Positions 17,295 through 25,630 of a stretch of 32,000 nt of DNA are shown piece after piece. Every line of letters begins with the position of its first letter. Position 1 is the first letter of the stretch. Where the stretch lies: NCBI RefSeq assembly GCF_001306055.1, contig NZ_LGHJ01000017.1:120001-152000 (forward strand), written 5' to 3'. The position numbers and the translations under genes were made by a program. Under the pieces are notes generated by a model that was given only the letters and a program-made list of their open reading frames with translations, did not search any database and was not told the DNA's origin. The DNA comes from Bellilinea caldifistulae. GTDB lineage: Bacteria; Chloroflexota; Anaerolineae; Anaerolineales; Anaerolineaceae.

Positions 17295-17327
17295 CCAGAG
17301 TCCGTCGGGCTCTGGTTTCATTTTTCT
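17295..17327 (+). terminator. intrinsic terminator after the tRNA
   Basis: CCAGAGTC (17295-17302) pairs with GGCTCTGG (17308-17315; one G-U), loop CGTC... then TTTCATTTTTCTT. Confidence 0.65.
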
Positions 17328-17819
17328 TGACTTGTCAATTTTTCATATCGCCTTCCTATTTACTTGGCGGTGTCTGATCAATATCTTGCCAATTTGCTCG
17401 GCCTTTGATGGTTACCAGTGACTTTGAAAATCGTCAGTTGCTGAAAAATTGTTTATTTTTGAAATGATAGATCGGCTTTACCTGATCTTTTCTCACCATC
17501 CGACTATTCCTTTTGACGTTGGTCGGATCAACTCACATGGCCTCGTTACGAATCATCATGAATCCTCGGAGATCAGGAATAAATACACCAAACCAGCATA
17601 GGGGTGCGAGATGATCGCCTATGGCGATTGGGGAGATCCTCATGCCATTTCTCCGCAATTGAGTGACAAACTGGCAGGAAATGGGAATGGTAGAAGCAGA
17701 TAATGCCCTGACAAATTATCTTCATGATATTCTTAAATGAGAGCAATCAGCCATTGCCGGGGTTGAGATTCATTTCACCATCTTCAAAAAAATCAACCCT
17801 GACACGAAGAGGCGCAAAA

Positions 17820-18641
17820 ATGCCGCACATCCGCGTCAATAATCTGGACCATTATTATGAACAAACCGGGCAGGGTGCCGTACTGGTATTCGTGCACGGC
17901 GCATTTGCGGATGCTCGTATTTGGGAACCTCAATGGAAGCATTTCTCAACAAAATACCAGCTTTTGCGCTATGACCTGCGTGGTCATGGAAGGACGGGGG
18001 CTTCCGATTTGGCTCATTACTCTATGGCAACTTATGCAGATGACCTGTCTGCCCTGCTGGATGCGCTTGCCATCCGTTCACCCATCCTGTGTGGACTATC
18101 CTGGGGAGGGAGCATCGCCCAGACGTTTGCCGTGCGCAACCCAGAACGACCCAGGGCATTGATCCTGGCGGGTACAGCTGTTTCGATTGACTTAACTATG
18201 CTGGATAAGCTACTATGCTATGTACTGTTCCCCAGGTGGATGATGTCCCTGACCATCCGGATGATGAGCGTTGAGAATTTTACCCGTTTCTCTTTTCGGC
18301 TGGCTCGCCTTACCCGCGGCAAGCATTGGCTGAGCAGGGATGAAAACGCCCAGGCTTATCTGGAGCAATGTATGCTCCGCATGGAAAAAAGTGAATATCT
18401 GAAGATTTGGAATGCAATGTATGGTTTCCACACACTTCCATTGGAAAAAATTACCTGCCCCACTTTAATACTCAATGGGGAATTTGAACCCAAAAATACC
18501 TTCCGACACACGGAGGAAATTTTACGCCGGATTCCGCAAGCCAAAGCAAGGATTATCCCATGTGCAAGTCATGCCATGAATTTAGAGCAAGCGGAAACCT
18601 TTAACAATTTTGTGGATGCTTTTCTGGATGGCGCCGGCTGA
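17820..18641 (+). CDS. alpha/beta hydrolase fold protein
   Basis: Oxyanion-hole HG motif (VLVFVHGAFAD), nucleophile elbow GLSWGGSIA (G-x-S-x-G) and a C-terminal catalytic His region (PCASHAMNLEQ). The start is set at ATG 17820 (MPHIRVNNLDHYYEQ), which fits the family N-terminus better than the track's 17724. Confidence 0.85.
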   Translation: MPHIRVNNLDHYYEQTGQGAVLVFVHGAFADARIWEPQWKHFSTKYQLLRYDLRGHGRTGASDLAHYSMATYADDLSALLDALAIRSPILCGLSWGGSIAQTFAVRNPERPRALILAGTAVSIDLTMLDKLLCYVLFPRWMMSLTIRMMSVENFTRFSFRLARLTRGKHWLSRDENAQAYLEQCMLRMEKSEYLKIWNAMYGFHTLPLEKITCPTLILNGEFEPKNTFRHTEEILRRIPQAKARIIPCASHAMNLEQAETFNNFVDAFLDGAG

Positions 18642-18758
18642 ATTCCCTAAAGTGCAACACCGCCGCCAGAGCACCTCGTACTTCTCCCTAGCAGCAGGTA
18701 TCATCAATCCTCAAACCAAAATGCTTCTTAAGACTTTTTTATAATTTCGAGTCGTTTG

Positions 18759-18786
18759 TTGACTTAGTCAATATTCGGCGTATAAT
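18759..18786 (+). promoter_or_regulatory. near-consensus sigma-70 promoter (TTGACT - 16 nt - TATAAT)
   Basis: TTGACT at 18759-18764 and a perfect TATAAT at 18781-18786, in a 500-bp non-coding region. Best promoter match in the window. Confidence 0.7.
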
Positions 18787-18792
18787 TTATTT

Positions 18793-18951
18793 AATAACGT
18801 AATTAAGGATCAGGTCCTCATTACGCTGAACTTCGTCAGTTAGTTAATGTGGATGCGTTGATCCGATAACCTGCGCAGGTCGCAAGCCTTCACATTGAGG
18901 CGAGATTATCGGGGAGCGAAAGCGATACCGGCCACATTGGCCGGTTTTTTG
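18793..18951 (+). ncRNA. candidate structured non-coding RNA (~160 nt): cis-regulatory leader or stand-alone sRNA upstream of the polysaccharide cluster; class not identified
   Basis: It is bounded by the promoter above and the intrinsic terminator at 18927-18951. No ORF beyond 4 codons. It contains several helices (CGTAAT/ATTACG 18798-18803/18820-18825; AATGTGGA/TTCACATT 18846-18853/18889-18896; palindrome ACCTGCGCAGGT 18869-18880; CCGATAA/TTATCGG 18863-18869/18906-18912). The 5' end is inferred from the -10 position only. Confidence 0.55.
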
Positions 18952-19111
18952 TTGGAAGGTTGGCAATCAGGCTGGGAAACTGGTTCGAAAATTCTGCTCT
19001 TCTCTAAATAACTGAATTATTCATCACAAAGGGTAATCAATCTTTACCCCCACAACCTTAGTCTTATCGGCATTTGCTTCAAAGTCATTAACGTAAACAA
19101 CGATTTATCGG
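18863..19111. repeat. dispersed TTATCGG/CCGATAA heptamer array (4 exact copies)
   Basis: CCGATAA at 18863-18869. TTATCGG at 18906-18912, 19064-19070 and 19105-19111. A one-mismatch copy CCGATTA sits at 19135-19141. All lie in the non-coding stretch preceding the first polysaccharide gene. Confidence 0.55.
18927..18951 (+). terminator. intrinsic terminator (ACCGGCCA-cat-TGGCCGGT + TTTTTTG)
   Basis: Perfect 8-bp GC-rich stem (18927-18934/18938-18945) directly followed by a T6 run. Confidence 0.8.
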
Positions 19112-19147
19112 TAGAGGATGGTTTGATTTCTCTTCCGATTATTTTTA

Positions 19148-21346
19148 ATGTCGGAACGGCGGAGCATGCCAGTAAAAATAAAAGGGAAAGCAATGAATAT
19201 TCCTTCTGATCTAAGTATCCAGTGGTTCTTTCAAATCATCAAACGCCGCCTGTCACTGATTGCGAGTCTGGTGGCGGTGGCAATTGTTGTCCTCTTCATT
19301 GTCATGAAAATAGCCCCATCCACCTATCGCGCCTCCGTCACGCTTTTGATCCAACCATCCGATGATGAAAAAACCAGTGAAATCAATACGCTAATGGCAG
19401 GCGAAAGGTTAGCACTGACTTACAGCCAATTAATGACCAGCCGCCCAATCCTCGAAAAAGTCCTCAATCAGAATCAATTGGATCTTTCGGTCAAGGAATT
19501 GGAGAAAAGGATCTCCGTGCAACCCATTCGCGACACGCAATTAATTCGCCTTTCGGTGACCGATTCCTCCCCATCGCAGGCTCAATTACTGGCAAACTCT
19601 CTTGCAGCAACATTCGTTGAATATATTCAGTCTCTTTCTAATGAACAATTCACTGCTTCTTTATCCGAATCTCAGCAAAAAATCGAGGTGAAACGGAATG
19701 AAATAGCCCAAACTCAGCACGAAATAGGTGCTGAAAACCAAGCAAGCGTCGAATACGAAATTGAACTTCTTCGCCTGAACATGTTGATTTCAGAAAACAG
19801 AGCCGCCTATCAATCCATTCAGTCCTCACTCAAAGATTTACAGTTTTCGCTGGAACAAGTTTTGAATGAAGTTGATTTGGTTGAATCGGCTCAATTACTC
19901 GATTCGCTCAATACTCCGCCCTATACTGCTGTATTGACGGTATTATACGATGAGCAACTTTTTAGCGGTGGTGGGGGTTTTTCAAATCCCCAAAGTGGAA
20001 TCACCCGCATGGCTGATGGTTCCTTGCAACTCCGTCCCGCTATTCTGGAACAAGTCATTGCAAAACTTGACTTGAACGAGTCATCTCAATCCCTGCAATC
20101 CCGTATAACGCTGACCCCCCTAACCGAAACCCGCTTGATCCGGTTAAGAGTAAAGGATAATGACCCCCAACAGGCGGTTCAAATTTGCCAAACAATTGGA
20201 GATGTGTTGATTACACAGACCCGGAATTTTTTGAGCGAACCTTATCAAAAGCGTATTAACAGTATGGAAAATGAACTCAAGGGGTTGGACCAGCAATTGG
20301 AAACCTATCAAAGCGAATTGAGAGATTGGACAAAGAAGAAAACCCAAAGCGATCTTAACCTGAAAACGCTGGAAAGCGAACTTGCCACAAAGAATCTGGA
20401 ATTGCGTGATCTGTTGAATAACCACGATCAACTTGTTCTTGAGGCGACAAAAACTGCCAGCCTGATCTCGATCACCGAACCGGCGGCTTTACCGGATGAA
20501 CCAACCCAAAACTGGCTTCTTTACGGCGCTTTAGTAGTTTTGGTTACTTTCTTCATTGCTTTTGGGCTGGTTTTTTTCCTTGAAATTTCCAGTAATCCGG
20601 TCGTCACCCCTCAAAATGTTGCTGAGCTTTGTGACATTGAACCGGTGGGGATCATTGGTCACAATCGGCATGCGGAAGAAAAAATTGTGATTGGCTCAGA
20701 AAAATCCCCTGAAATTGCAGAGGACTTCAAGAAACTGGCTGCTGAAATTCAGATTGAAGCCCAACGGGTTCCCCTGCACACACTATTAATCACCAGTCCG
20801 GCGCCGCAGGACGGTAAAACCTTTGTTGCAGCCAATCTGGGTTTGGCCCTCTCCCGTGCAGGAATGGGAATTATTATCGTGGATGCCGATCTTCATCTTC
20901 CCCAACTTCACCGTGTATTCGGTATTGAAAAAGAGATTGGGTTGGCCGATGCCCTGAGTCATCCCAACCATTCCGAGTGGTTAAAAAGCATTCAAAATCA
21001 CAACTTGAAACTGATGACCAGCGGTGAGATCCCCGCCAATCCGGTTGAATTACTCAGTTCTCCCCGGTTGCAGGATATTTTGAAACGCATCTCCAAAGAA
21101 AGCAACCTGGTCTTAATTGATTGTCCCCCTTTGCTGGCACTGGCGGACGCTTCCTATCTCTCTGCTGCGGTTGATGGGGTTCTCCTTGTGTTGCGCAGTG
21201 AAAAAACCAATCAAGTAGAAGCGAAAAAAGCCCTTTCCATCCTCAAGAAAATGGATAAGAAATATATCGGGATTGTCCTGAATGATGCGGCAGGACATTT
21301 CAGCCATTATTACTGGCATTACCGGCAAGCCGCATTGGAAAAGTAA
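19148..21346 (+). CDS. polysaccharide co-polymerase (Wzz domain) fused to a BY-kinase (Wzc/EpsB/GumC-like tyrosine autokinase)
   Basis: N-terminal TM plus Wzz/chain-length-determinant region, a long coiled-coil and a second TM (WLLYGALVVLVTFFIAFGLVFFL). The kinase domain has Walker A ITSPAPQDGKTFVAANL, Walker A' IIIVDADLHLPQLH and Walker B LVLIDCPPLL, plus a C-terminal Tyr cluster HYYWHY. The start could instead be ATG 19166 or 19193 (MNIPSDLSIQWFF fits Wzz N-termini well). Confidence 0.88.
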   Translation: MSERRSMPVKIKGKAMNIPSDLSIQWFFQIIKRRLSLIASLVAVAIVVLFIVMKIAPSTYRASVTLLIQPSDDEKTSEINTLMAGERLALTYSQLMTSRPILEKVLNQNQLDLSVKELEKRISVQPIRDTQLIRLSVTDSSPSQAQLLANSLAATFVEYIQSLSNEQFTASLSESQQKIEVKRNEIAQTQHEIGAENQASVEYEIELLRLNMLISENRAAYQSIQSSLKDLQFSLEQVLNEVDLVESAQLLDSLNTPPYTAVLTVLYDEQLFSGGGGFSNPQSGITRMADGSLQLRPAILEQVIAKLDLNESSQSLQSRITLTPLTETRLIRLRVKDNDPQQAVQICQTIGDVLITQTRNFLSEPYQKRINSMENELKGLDQQLETYQSELRDWTKKKTQSDLNLKTLESELATKNLELRDLLNNHDQLVLEATKTASLISITEPAALPDEPTQNWLLYGALVVLVTFFIAFGLVFFLEISSNPVVTPQNVAELCDIEPVGIIGHNRHAEEKIVIGSEKSPEIAEDFKKLAAEIQIEAQRVPLHTLLITSPAPQDGKTFVAANLGLALSRAGMGIIIVDADLHLPQLHRVFGIEKEIGLADALSHPNHSEWLKSIQNHNLKLMTSGEIPANPVELLSSPRLQDILKRISKESNLVLIDCPPLLALADASYLSAAVDGVLLVLRSEKTNQVEAKKALSILKKMDKKYIGIVLNDAAGHFSHYYWHYRQAALEK

Positions 21347-21365
21347 TCGGAAAAAGACCAGAATT

Positions 21366-22835
21366 TTGAAAACTCACCTGTGGTTTTATTTTTTTAAAAC
21401 TATTCTGCTCATCACCCTGGGAGCGATGTTTGTAATCCTCCTTGCTGAAAACAGTGCAAATTCGCCACCTCAAAGAGCGGCGGAGAAAAACGAATTGACT
21501 GCTTCCCTTACCCCCTCAATTACTAAATTGGATGTACCAAATGTGGTTTTTCTGCCACTGATAGCCAACGCAGCAAGAAACACCTACTATGTTTCACCCG
21601 ACGGTTTGGATACAAATCCGGGCACCATTACCCAGCCATGGCGCACCATCAGCAAAGCCGTCCGAACCGTAAAAGCAGGCGATATCGTTTACATCCGTCA
21701 GGGCACTTACATGGAACAGGTGGAAATTATCGCCTCCGGTAGCGCTGATTCGCCAGTTCAATTACTGGCTTATCCGGGTGAAAAAGTCATCATTGACGGG
21801 AATAACCGCCTTCCTTCTTCCTACACCGCCCTGTTATCGCTGCGTGGCTCATGGATCAAAGTAGATGGTTTGGAAGTGATGAATTCCAAATACATGGGGG
21901 TTGGCTTATTTGGAAGGCATAACTCGGCAAACAATCTAAATGTTCATCACAGCCAGCATACAGGCGTCCTGATCAGCGGGGATTATGGTCTGGTTGAAAA
22001 CAGTCAGATTTGGAGAAATTCTCTCGACAACGAGTTTAATAAAGCAGAGATCCATGATTCGGGCATCAGCGCTGCCCGCGACCAGATAGACGGCTTGACC
22101 GAATATGCCATCATCCGCGGAAATACGGTTTGGGAAAACTGGGGGGAGGGGATTTCTTCCTTTGAAGCCAGCCACACACTGATCGAAAACAATATCTCTC
22201 ACGATAATCTGACTGCCAACATTTATATATCCGACTCGACTTATGTGGAATGCAGCCGTAATTTTGTTTTTATGAGTACAAACAGCTACATTTTTGGTTA
22301 CGATGCTCATGTCGGCATCATGATGGGCGATGAAAAGTATCAGCCGCCTTCGGCTCACATCAAGGTTTTCAACAATCTTGCTTACAACAATCATCGCAAT
22401 TTTTACTGGTGGCGCGGCATACGGGGAGGGGGGATGAATGATGTCCTGATTGCTCATAACACCTTTGTGAACAGCTTTGAGACCGCCGGCGTTGTGATCG
22501 GTAATGGCAGTCACTCCAATGTCCGTTTCTTCAACAACATTGTCCAGCAAGATGGGACTTTGCCACCAATTATAGTTACGACAAGCCCGGGCATCATTTA
22601 TTCCAACAATCTCTGGTCAAAAATGCCGGCAAGCAATGTGATCAGCCAGGGAGATGTGATTGCCGATCCCCAATTGAGCAAAACCGGCCTGGCCTCTGAA
22701 GCCCCCTGGTTCAACTTGAGTCAGAGTTCACCCGCCATTGATAAAGCTCTACCACTGGCAGAAGTACCTCGCGATTATGATAACCTCCTGCGTGATACAA
22801 AGCCGGATATCGGCGCTAAGGAATATCATCCCTGA
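21366..22835 (+). CDS. membrane-anchored right-handed parallel beta-helix protein (pectate-lyase fold / DUF1565-type), probable polysaccharide-modifying glycanase or lyase
   Basis: The YYVSPDGLDTNPGTITQPWRTISKAVRTVKAGDIVYIRQGTY entry motif, followed by repeated PbH1-like units (..N..V.N..I..N...GI...). The N-terminal signal-anchor is KTHLWFYFFKTILLITLGAMFVILL. The start is uncertain: ATG 21282 would overlap the kinase gene by 65 nt. I prefer the in-frame TTG at 21366, 20 nt after the upstream stop. Confidence 0.75.
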   Translation: MKTHLWFYFFKTILLITLGAMFVILLAENSANSPPQRAAEKNELTASLTPSITKLDVPNVVFLPLIANAARNTYYVSPDGLDTNPGTITQPWRTISKAVRTVKAGDIVYIRQGTYMEQVEIIASGSADSPVQLLAYPGEKVIIDGNNRLPSSYTALLSLRGSWIKVDGLEVMNSKYMGVGLFGRHNSANNLNVHHSQHTGVLISGDYGLVENSQIWRNSLDNEFNKAEIHDSGISAARDQIDGLTEYAIIRGNTVWENWGEGISSFEASHTLIENNISHDNLTANIYISDSTYVECSRNFVFMSTNSYIFGYDAHVGIMMGDEKYQPPSAHIKVFNNLAYNNHRNFYWWRGIRGGGMNDVLIAHNTFVNSFETAGVVIGNGSHSNVRFFNNIVQQDGTLPPIIVTTSPGIIYSNNLWSKMPASNVISQGDVIADPQLSKTGLASEAPWFNLSQSSPAIDKALPLAEVPRDYDNLLRDTKPDIGAKEYHP

Positions 22836-22850
22836 GCAAGTTCCTGCTTG

Positions 22851-24461
22851 ATGACTCACAAATTCGTTTTACCCCTTCCCGCCACACCAAAACCCTCAGC
22901 TGCAAAACTGACCCGGATTTCAGCAGCTCAGTCGGTTGATGTGGCTCTCTCGACGGATAACCACCTGATCGGCAATGTTTTTTCGAACGTGGTTTATACC
23001 TTCATCGCTGCACTTGCCAATCTCTGGTTAACCCCCTTTTTGATCACCAATATCGGCATTGCCGCCTTTGGGATGATTCCCCTGACCAATTCAATTGTGG
23101 CTTACGCGGCAATCCTGACAACGGCTATTTACAACTCGGTCAGCCGCTTTCTGGCAATTGAACTGGAAAAGAACGACTACACTGCCGCCAACAAGGTATT
23201 CAACACGGCCATGTTTTCCCTCATTGGTCTGCTGGTCGGGTTCATACCTTTGGTGATCGTCATTGCTATCATTTTTCCGGCAATCTTTCACATTCCGGCT
23301 GGCTGGGAAGCTGACGCCTCGTGGCTGTTTGTACTGACGGCAGTTTCTTTCTTCATCACCCTGATCGGAACGAATTTTTCTATTTCACCCTTTTTGAAAA
23401 GTCAGTTCATCCCCATTAACACCATCAATTTTGGGGGGTTGGCTCTCAAAATCGGCGTCATTATTCTTATTTATACCTTCCTGCCGCATAAATTATGGTA
23501 TGTCGGAGCGGCGTCTGTGCTGGGGGCGGTTGTTATCCTGGCAGGTTTTGTAATTCTCTGGAAAAAATTCACCCCCCAACTTCATCTAAACATACACGAC
23601 TTTTCCCAATCTCAACTGGCATCAATGGCGGGAATGGCGGGTTGGGTAATGGTCAACATGGCGGGCGCAATGCTGCTCAGCCGTGCCGATTTACTCATTA
23701 TCAACCGTTACTTCGGGGCTGTAATCACCGGAGGTTATGCTTCCATCGTTCAATTATCCATGTTATTGGAATACGCTGCAAATGCAGCAAGCATTGTCCT
23801 TCGTCCGATGATCTTGAATCAATACGCCCGTCAAGATTTTCAAGCCTTGCAGAATACGTCCTATCTGGCAGTCAAAGGATTGGGGTTGCTGCTGGCACTG
23901 CCCGTTGGCGTCATGTGCGGTTTTGCAGTGCCGCTTTTGAAATTGTGGTTAGGAGGAGATTACACCTTTCTGGCACCTTTACTGGTGTTGGTAATCTTCT
24001 ATCAGGCTTTGAGCCTTTCGGCCCGCCCGCTCCTTTTTGTACAAAATGCCTGTGATCGGGTCAAATGGCCCGGCATCATTACCCTGATCAGCGGGACTGG
24101 TGCAATTGTGTTAGCCATCCTTCTGTCAAAATGGGGAACTTGGGGACCGGCCGGCATTCCGGTTGCCATCGCGCTGGCAATGATACTTAAAAACGGCATT
24201 TACATGCCTATTTACACCGCTCGCATTCTAAATCTCCAATGGTGGAGCTTCCTACCGGCATTGATTCCGGGCGTTTTATACAGCGCGGTAACCGGAGCAT
24301 GTACTTTTGCAGTGAACTATATTGCCCCGCCCGCAAGCTGGTTATGGCTTGGGGCTTATTCCGCCATGATCTTTGTGTTGCTGGGCTTTTTGGCCTGGTG
24401 GATCGGGTTTAAACCCTCAGAAAAGCAATTCATCAAAACTTACTTAAGGTTTGGCTGGTAA
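22851..24461 (+). CDS. Wzx-like oligosaccharide flippase (MOP/polysaccharide biosynthesis protein family)
   Basis: About 536 aa and about 14 TM segments throughout, with no soluble domain. This size and topology within a glycosyltransferase/Wzy cluster is typical of MOP flippases. The ATG at 22851 directly follows the track's TTG at 22848. Confidence 0.7.
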   Translation: MTHKFVLPLPATPKPSAAKLTRISAAQSVDVALSTDNHLIGNVFSNVVYTFIAALANLWLTPFLITNIGIAAFGMIPLTNSIVAYAAILTTAIYNSVSRFLAIELEKNDYTAANKVFNTAMFSLIGLLVGFIPLVIVIAIIFPAIFHIPAGWEADASWLFVLTAVSFFITLIGTNFSISPFLKSQFIPINTINFGGLALKIGVIILIYTFLPHKLWYVGAASVLGAVVILAGFVILWKKFTPQLHLNIHDFSQSQLASMAGMAGWVMVNMAGAMLLSRADLLIINRYFGAVITGGYASIVQLSMLLEYAANAASIVLRPMILNQYARQDFQALQNTSYLAVKGLGLLLALPVGVMCGFAVPLLKLWLGGDYTFLAPLLVLVIFYQALSLSARPLLFVQNACDRVKWPGIITLISGTGAIVLAILLSKWGTWGPAGIPVAIALAMILKNGIYMPIYTARILNLQWWSFLPALIPGVLYSAVTGACTFAVNYIAPPASWLWLGAYSAMIFVLLGFLAWWIGFKPSEKQFIKTYLRFGW

Positions 24462-24492
24462 TCAACCGGTGGTAAAAGAAAGTCCTGCGGGG

Positions 24493-25560
24493 ATGCGCCT
24501 GTTTTGTGTTGGGGATATCGCCATTTGCGAGGATCTTAGCCGGAACGGCAGTTGGCCGCCGCCAGCCGGCATCCAACTCAATGAGCACAGCCGGATCCTC
24601 TTCAATTTTGAGTTCCCTATCGGTACGCATCTCAACCCCAGCCCGCGCGCCAGTGGAGAACGCTTCATGGCCGACCCGCATGCCATTCAGGCACTTAAGG
24701 GATGGGCGCCGGCGTTCGTCACCCTTGCCAACAACCACATTTTAGACGCCGACTCCAGCGGCCTGATGCGAACCTGCCAATCCCTAAGTGCTTGTGGATT
24801 CAAACCACTTGGTGCAGGTTTTTTAGACGAAGAGAATCGCCGATATCGAATCTGGGAAACCGTCCACGGAACGCTGGCCATTTTGAATTGGGTCTTTCCC
24901 GAAACTCACCCCGACCCGGGTCAAAACCCCGGAGCAAATTGCTGGCAAGGTCTCGAAGAAAGCGCTACCCTCATTCAAGTTTTGAGAAAAGAAGCGGATT
25001 GGGTGATTGCTGTTCTTCACTGGAGTGATGAATTGTTTGGCTATCCCCGCCCGGAAGACCGCATGATCGCGGCTGCGCTGGCAGATCAGGGAGTTGACCT
25101 GATCATTGGTCAACATCCCCATGTCGTTCGAGGTTGGGAAATTTTTAATGGATGCCCGGTTTTCTACAGCATTGGCGATTTTTACTTCTCCGACATTCAG
25201 GACGGTTCCGGAAAGTGGATTCTCAAGGAAGCTCCTCTCAACCGGGCAAGTCTGGGAGTTGACATCCGCTTTTCAAGGGGGAACAAACCGCTCATTTCCA
25301 CCCATTCGTTCTGGCGGGTTAAGGGAAAGACCATCTCAGACCCCCTCAGACGCGCCGAAAGGCAACTACTCCACCTTAGCAAACCACTTCAAAAATACCC
25401 TCTCTACGATTATGCAGAATGGTATCAAAAAAAACGGCGTTGGTTTGACCGCGTCGGTTACCGCCTCCAATTCCGGCTGCATCAGATAAGCCCCATTGAA
25501 TTCATGTCCATCACCGCCCAAAAAATTCGAGGTTTGTTTTCTGCGCGAGTTAATCCTTGA
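24493..25560 (+). CDS. CapA/PGA_cap family metallophosphatase-fold protein
   Basis: Motifs CVGDI, LANNHILD, LHWSDE and IIGQHPHV, spaced as in the CapA (poly-gamma-glutamate synthesis) metallophosphoesterase family. No signal peptide or TM is visible. Possible upstream TTG (24451) or GTG (24469) starts. Confidence 0.75.
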   Translation: MRLFCVGDIAICEDLSRNGSWPPPAGIQLNEHSRILFNFEFPIGTHLNPSPRASGERFMADPHAIQALKGWAPAFVTLANNHILDADSSGLMRTCQSLSACGFKPLGAGFLDEENRRYRIWETVHGTLAILNWVFPETHPDPGQNPGANCWQGLEESATLIQVLRKEADWVIAVLHWSDELFGYPRPEDRMIAAALADQGVDLIIGQHPHVVRGWEIFNGCPVFYSIGDFYFSDIQDGSGKWILKEAPLNRASLGVDIRFSRGNKPLISTHSFWRVKGKTISDPLRRAERQLLHLSKPLQKYPLYDYAEWYQKKRRWFDRVGYRLQFRLHQISPIEFMSITAQKIRGLFSARVNP

Positions 25561-25580
25561 AAAATAATCCAATCCATCAA

Positions 25581-25597
25581 AAATTGAATTTCAATTT
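25581..25597. promoter_or_regulatory. 17-bp perfect palindrome AAATTGAA-T-TTCAATTT in an AT-rich intergenic gap inside the cluster
   Basis: 8+1+8 perfect inverted repeat in the 70-nt gap between the CapA-like and PaaK-like genes. CAATTG recurs at 25605-25610. Operator-like, and possibly marks an internal promoter. Confidence 0.4.
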
Positions 25598-25630
25598 CTC
25601 TTATCAATTGCCATAAGAAGCTTTTTGGGG

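Noticed and set aside
17328-17819. Possible pseudogene, integrase remnant or small protein genes in the spacer after the tRNA
   Set aside because: Hand translation gives only short ORFs (for example about 49 aa on the minus strand starting at 17725, and about 45 aa on the plus strand from 17464). None has a recognisable motif or RBS. I have no evidence for a mobile-element remnant from sequence alone.
18793-18951. Assigning the candidate RNA to a known riboswitch class (c-di-GMP-I/II, c-di-AMP ydaO, yybP-ykoY, fluoride, etc.)
   Set aside because: Short stretches look superficially similar: GCGCAGGTCGCAAGCC versus the GCACAGGGCAAACC of GEMM-I, and CGGGGAGC versus ydaO or yybP cores. However, the order and spacing of conserved elements recalled from those consensus structures do not fit. 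A covariance-model search is needed, so I leave the class unassigned.
18795-19096. Octamer TAACGTAA present twice (18795-18802 and 19089-19096)
   Set aside because: A single repeated 8-mer within about 300 bp of AT-rich sequence is close to chance expectation. It is much weaker evidence than the TTATCGG array.
21936-22550. 204-aa minus-strand ORF opposite the beta-helix gene (and similar shadows at 13453-13959, 5869-6345 and 15627-16013)
   Set aside because: All are fully nested antisense to well-supported genes and lack any recognisable family features.
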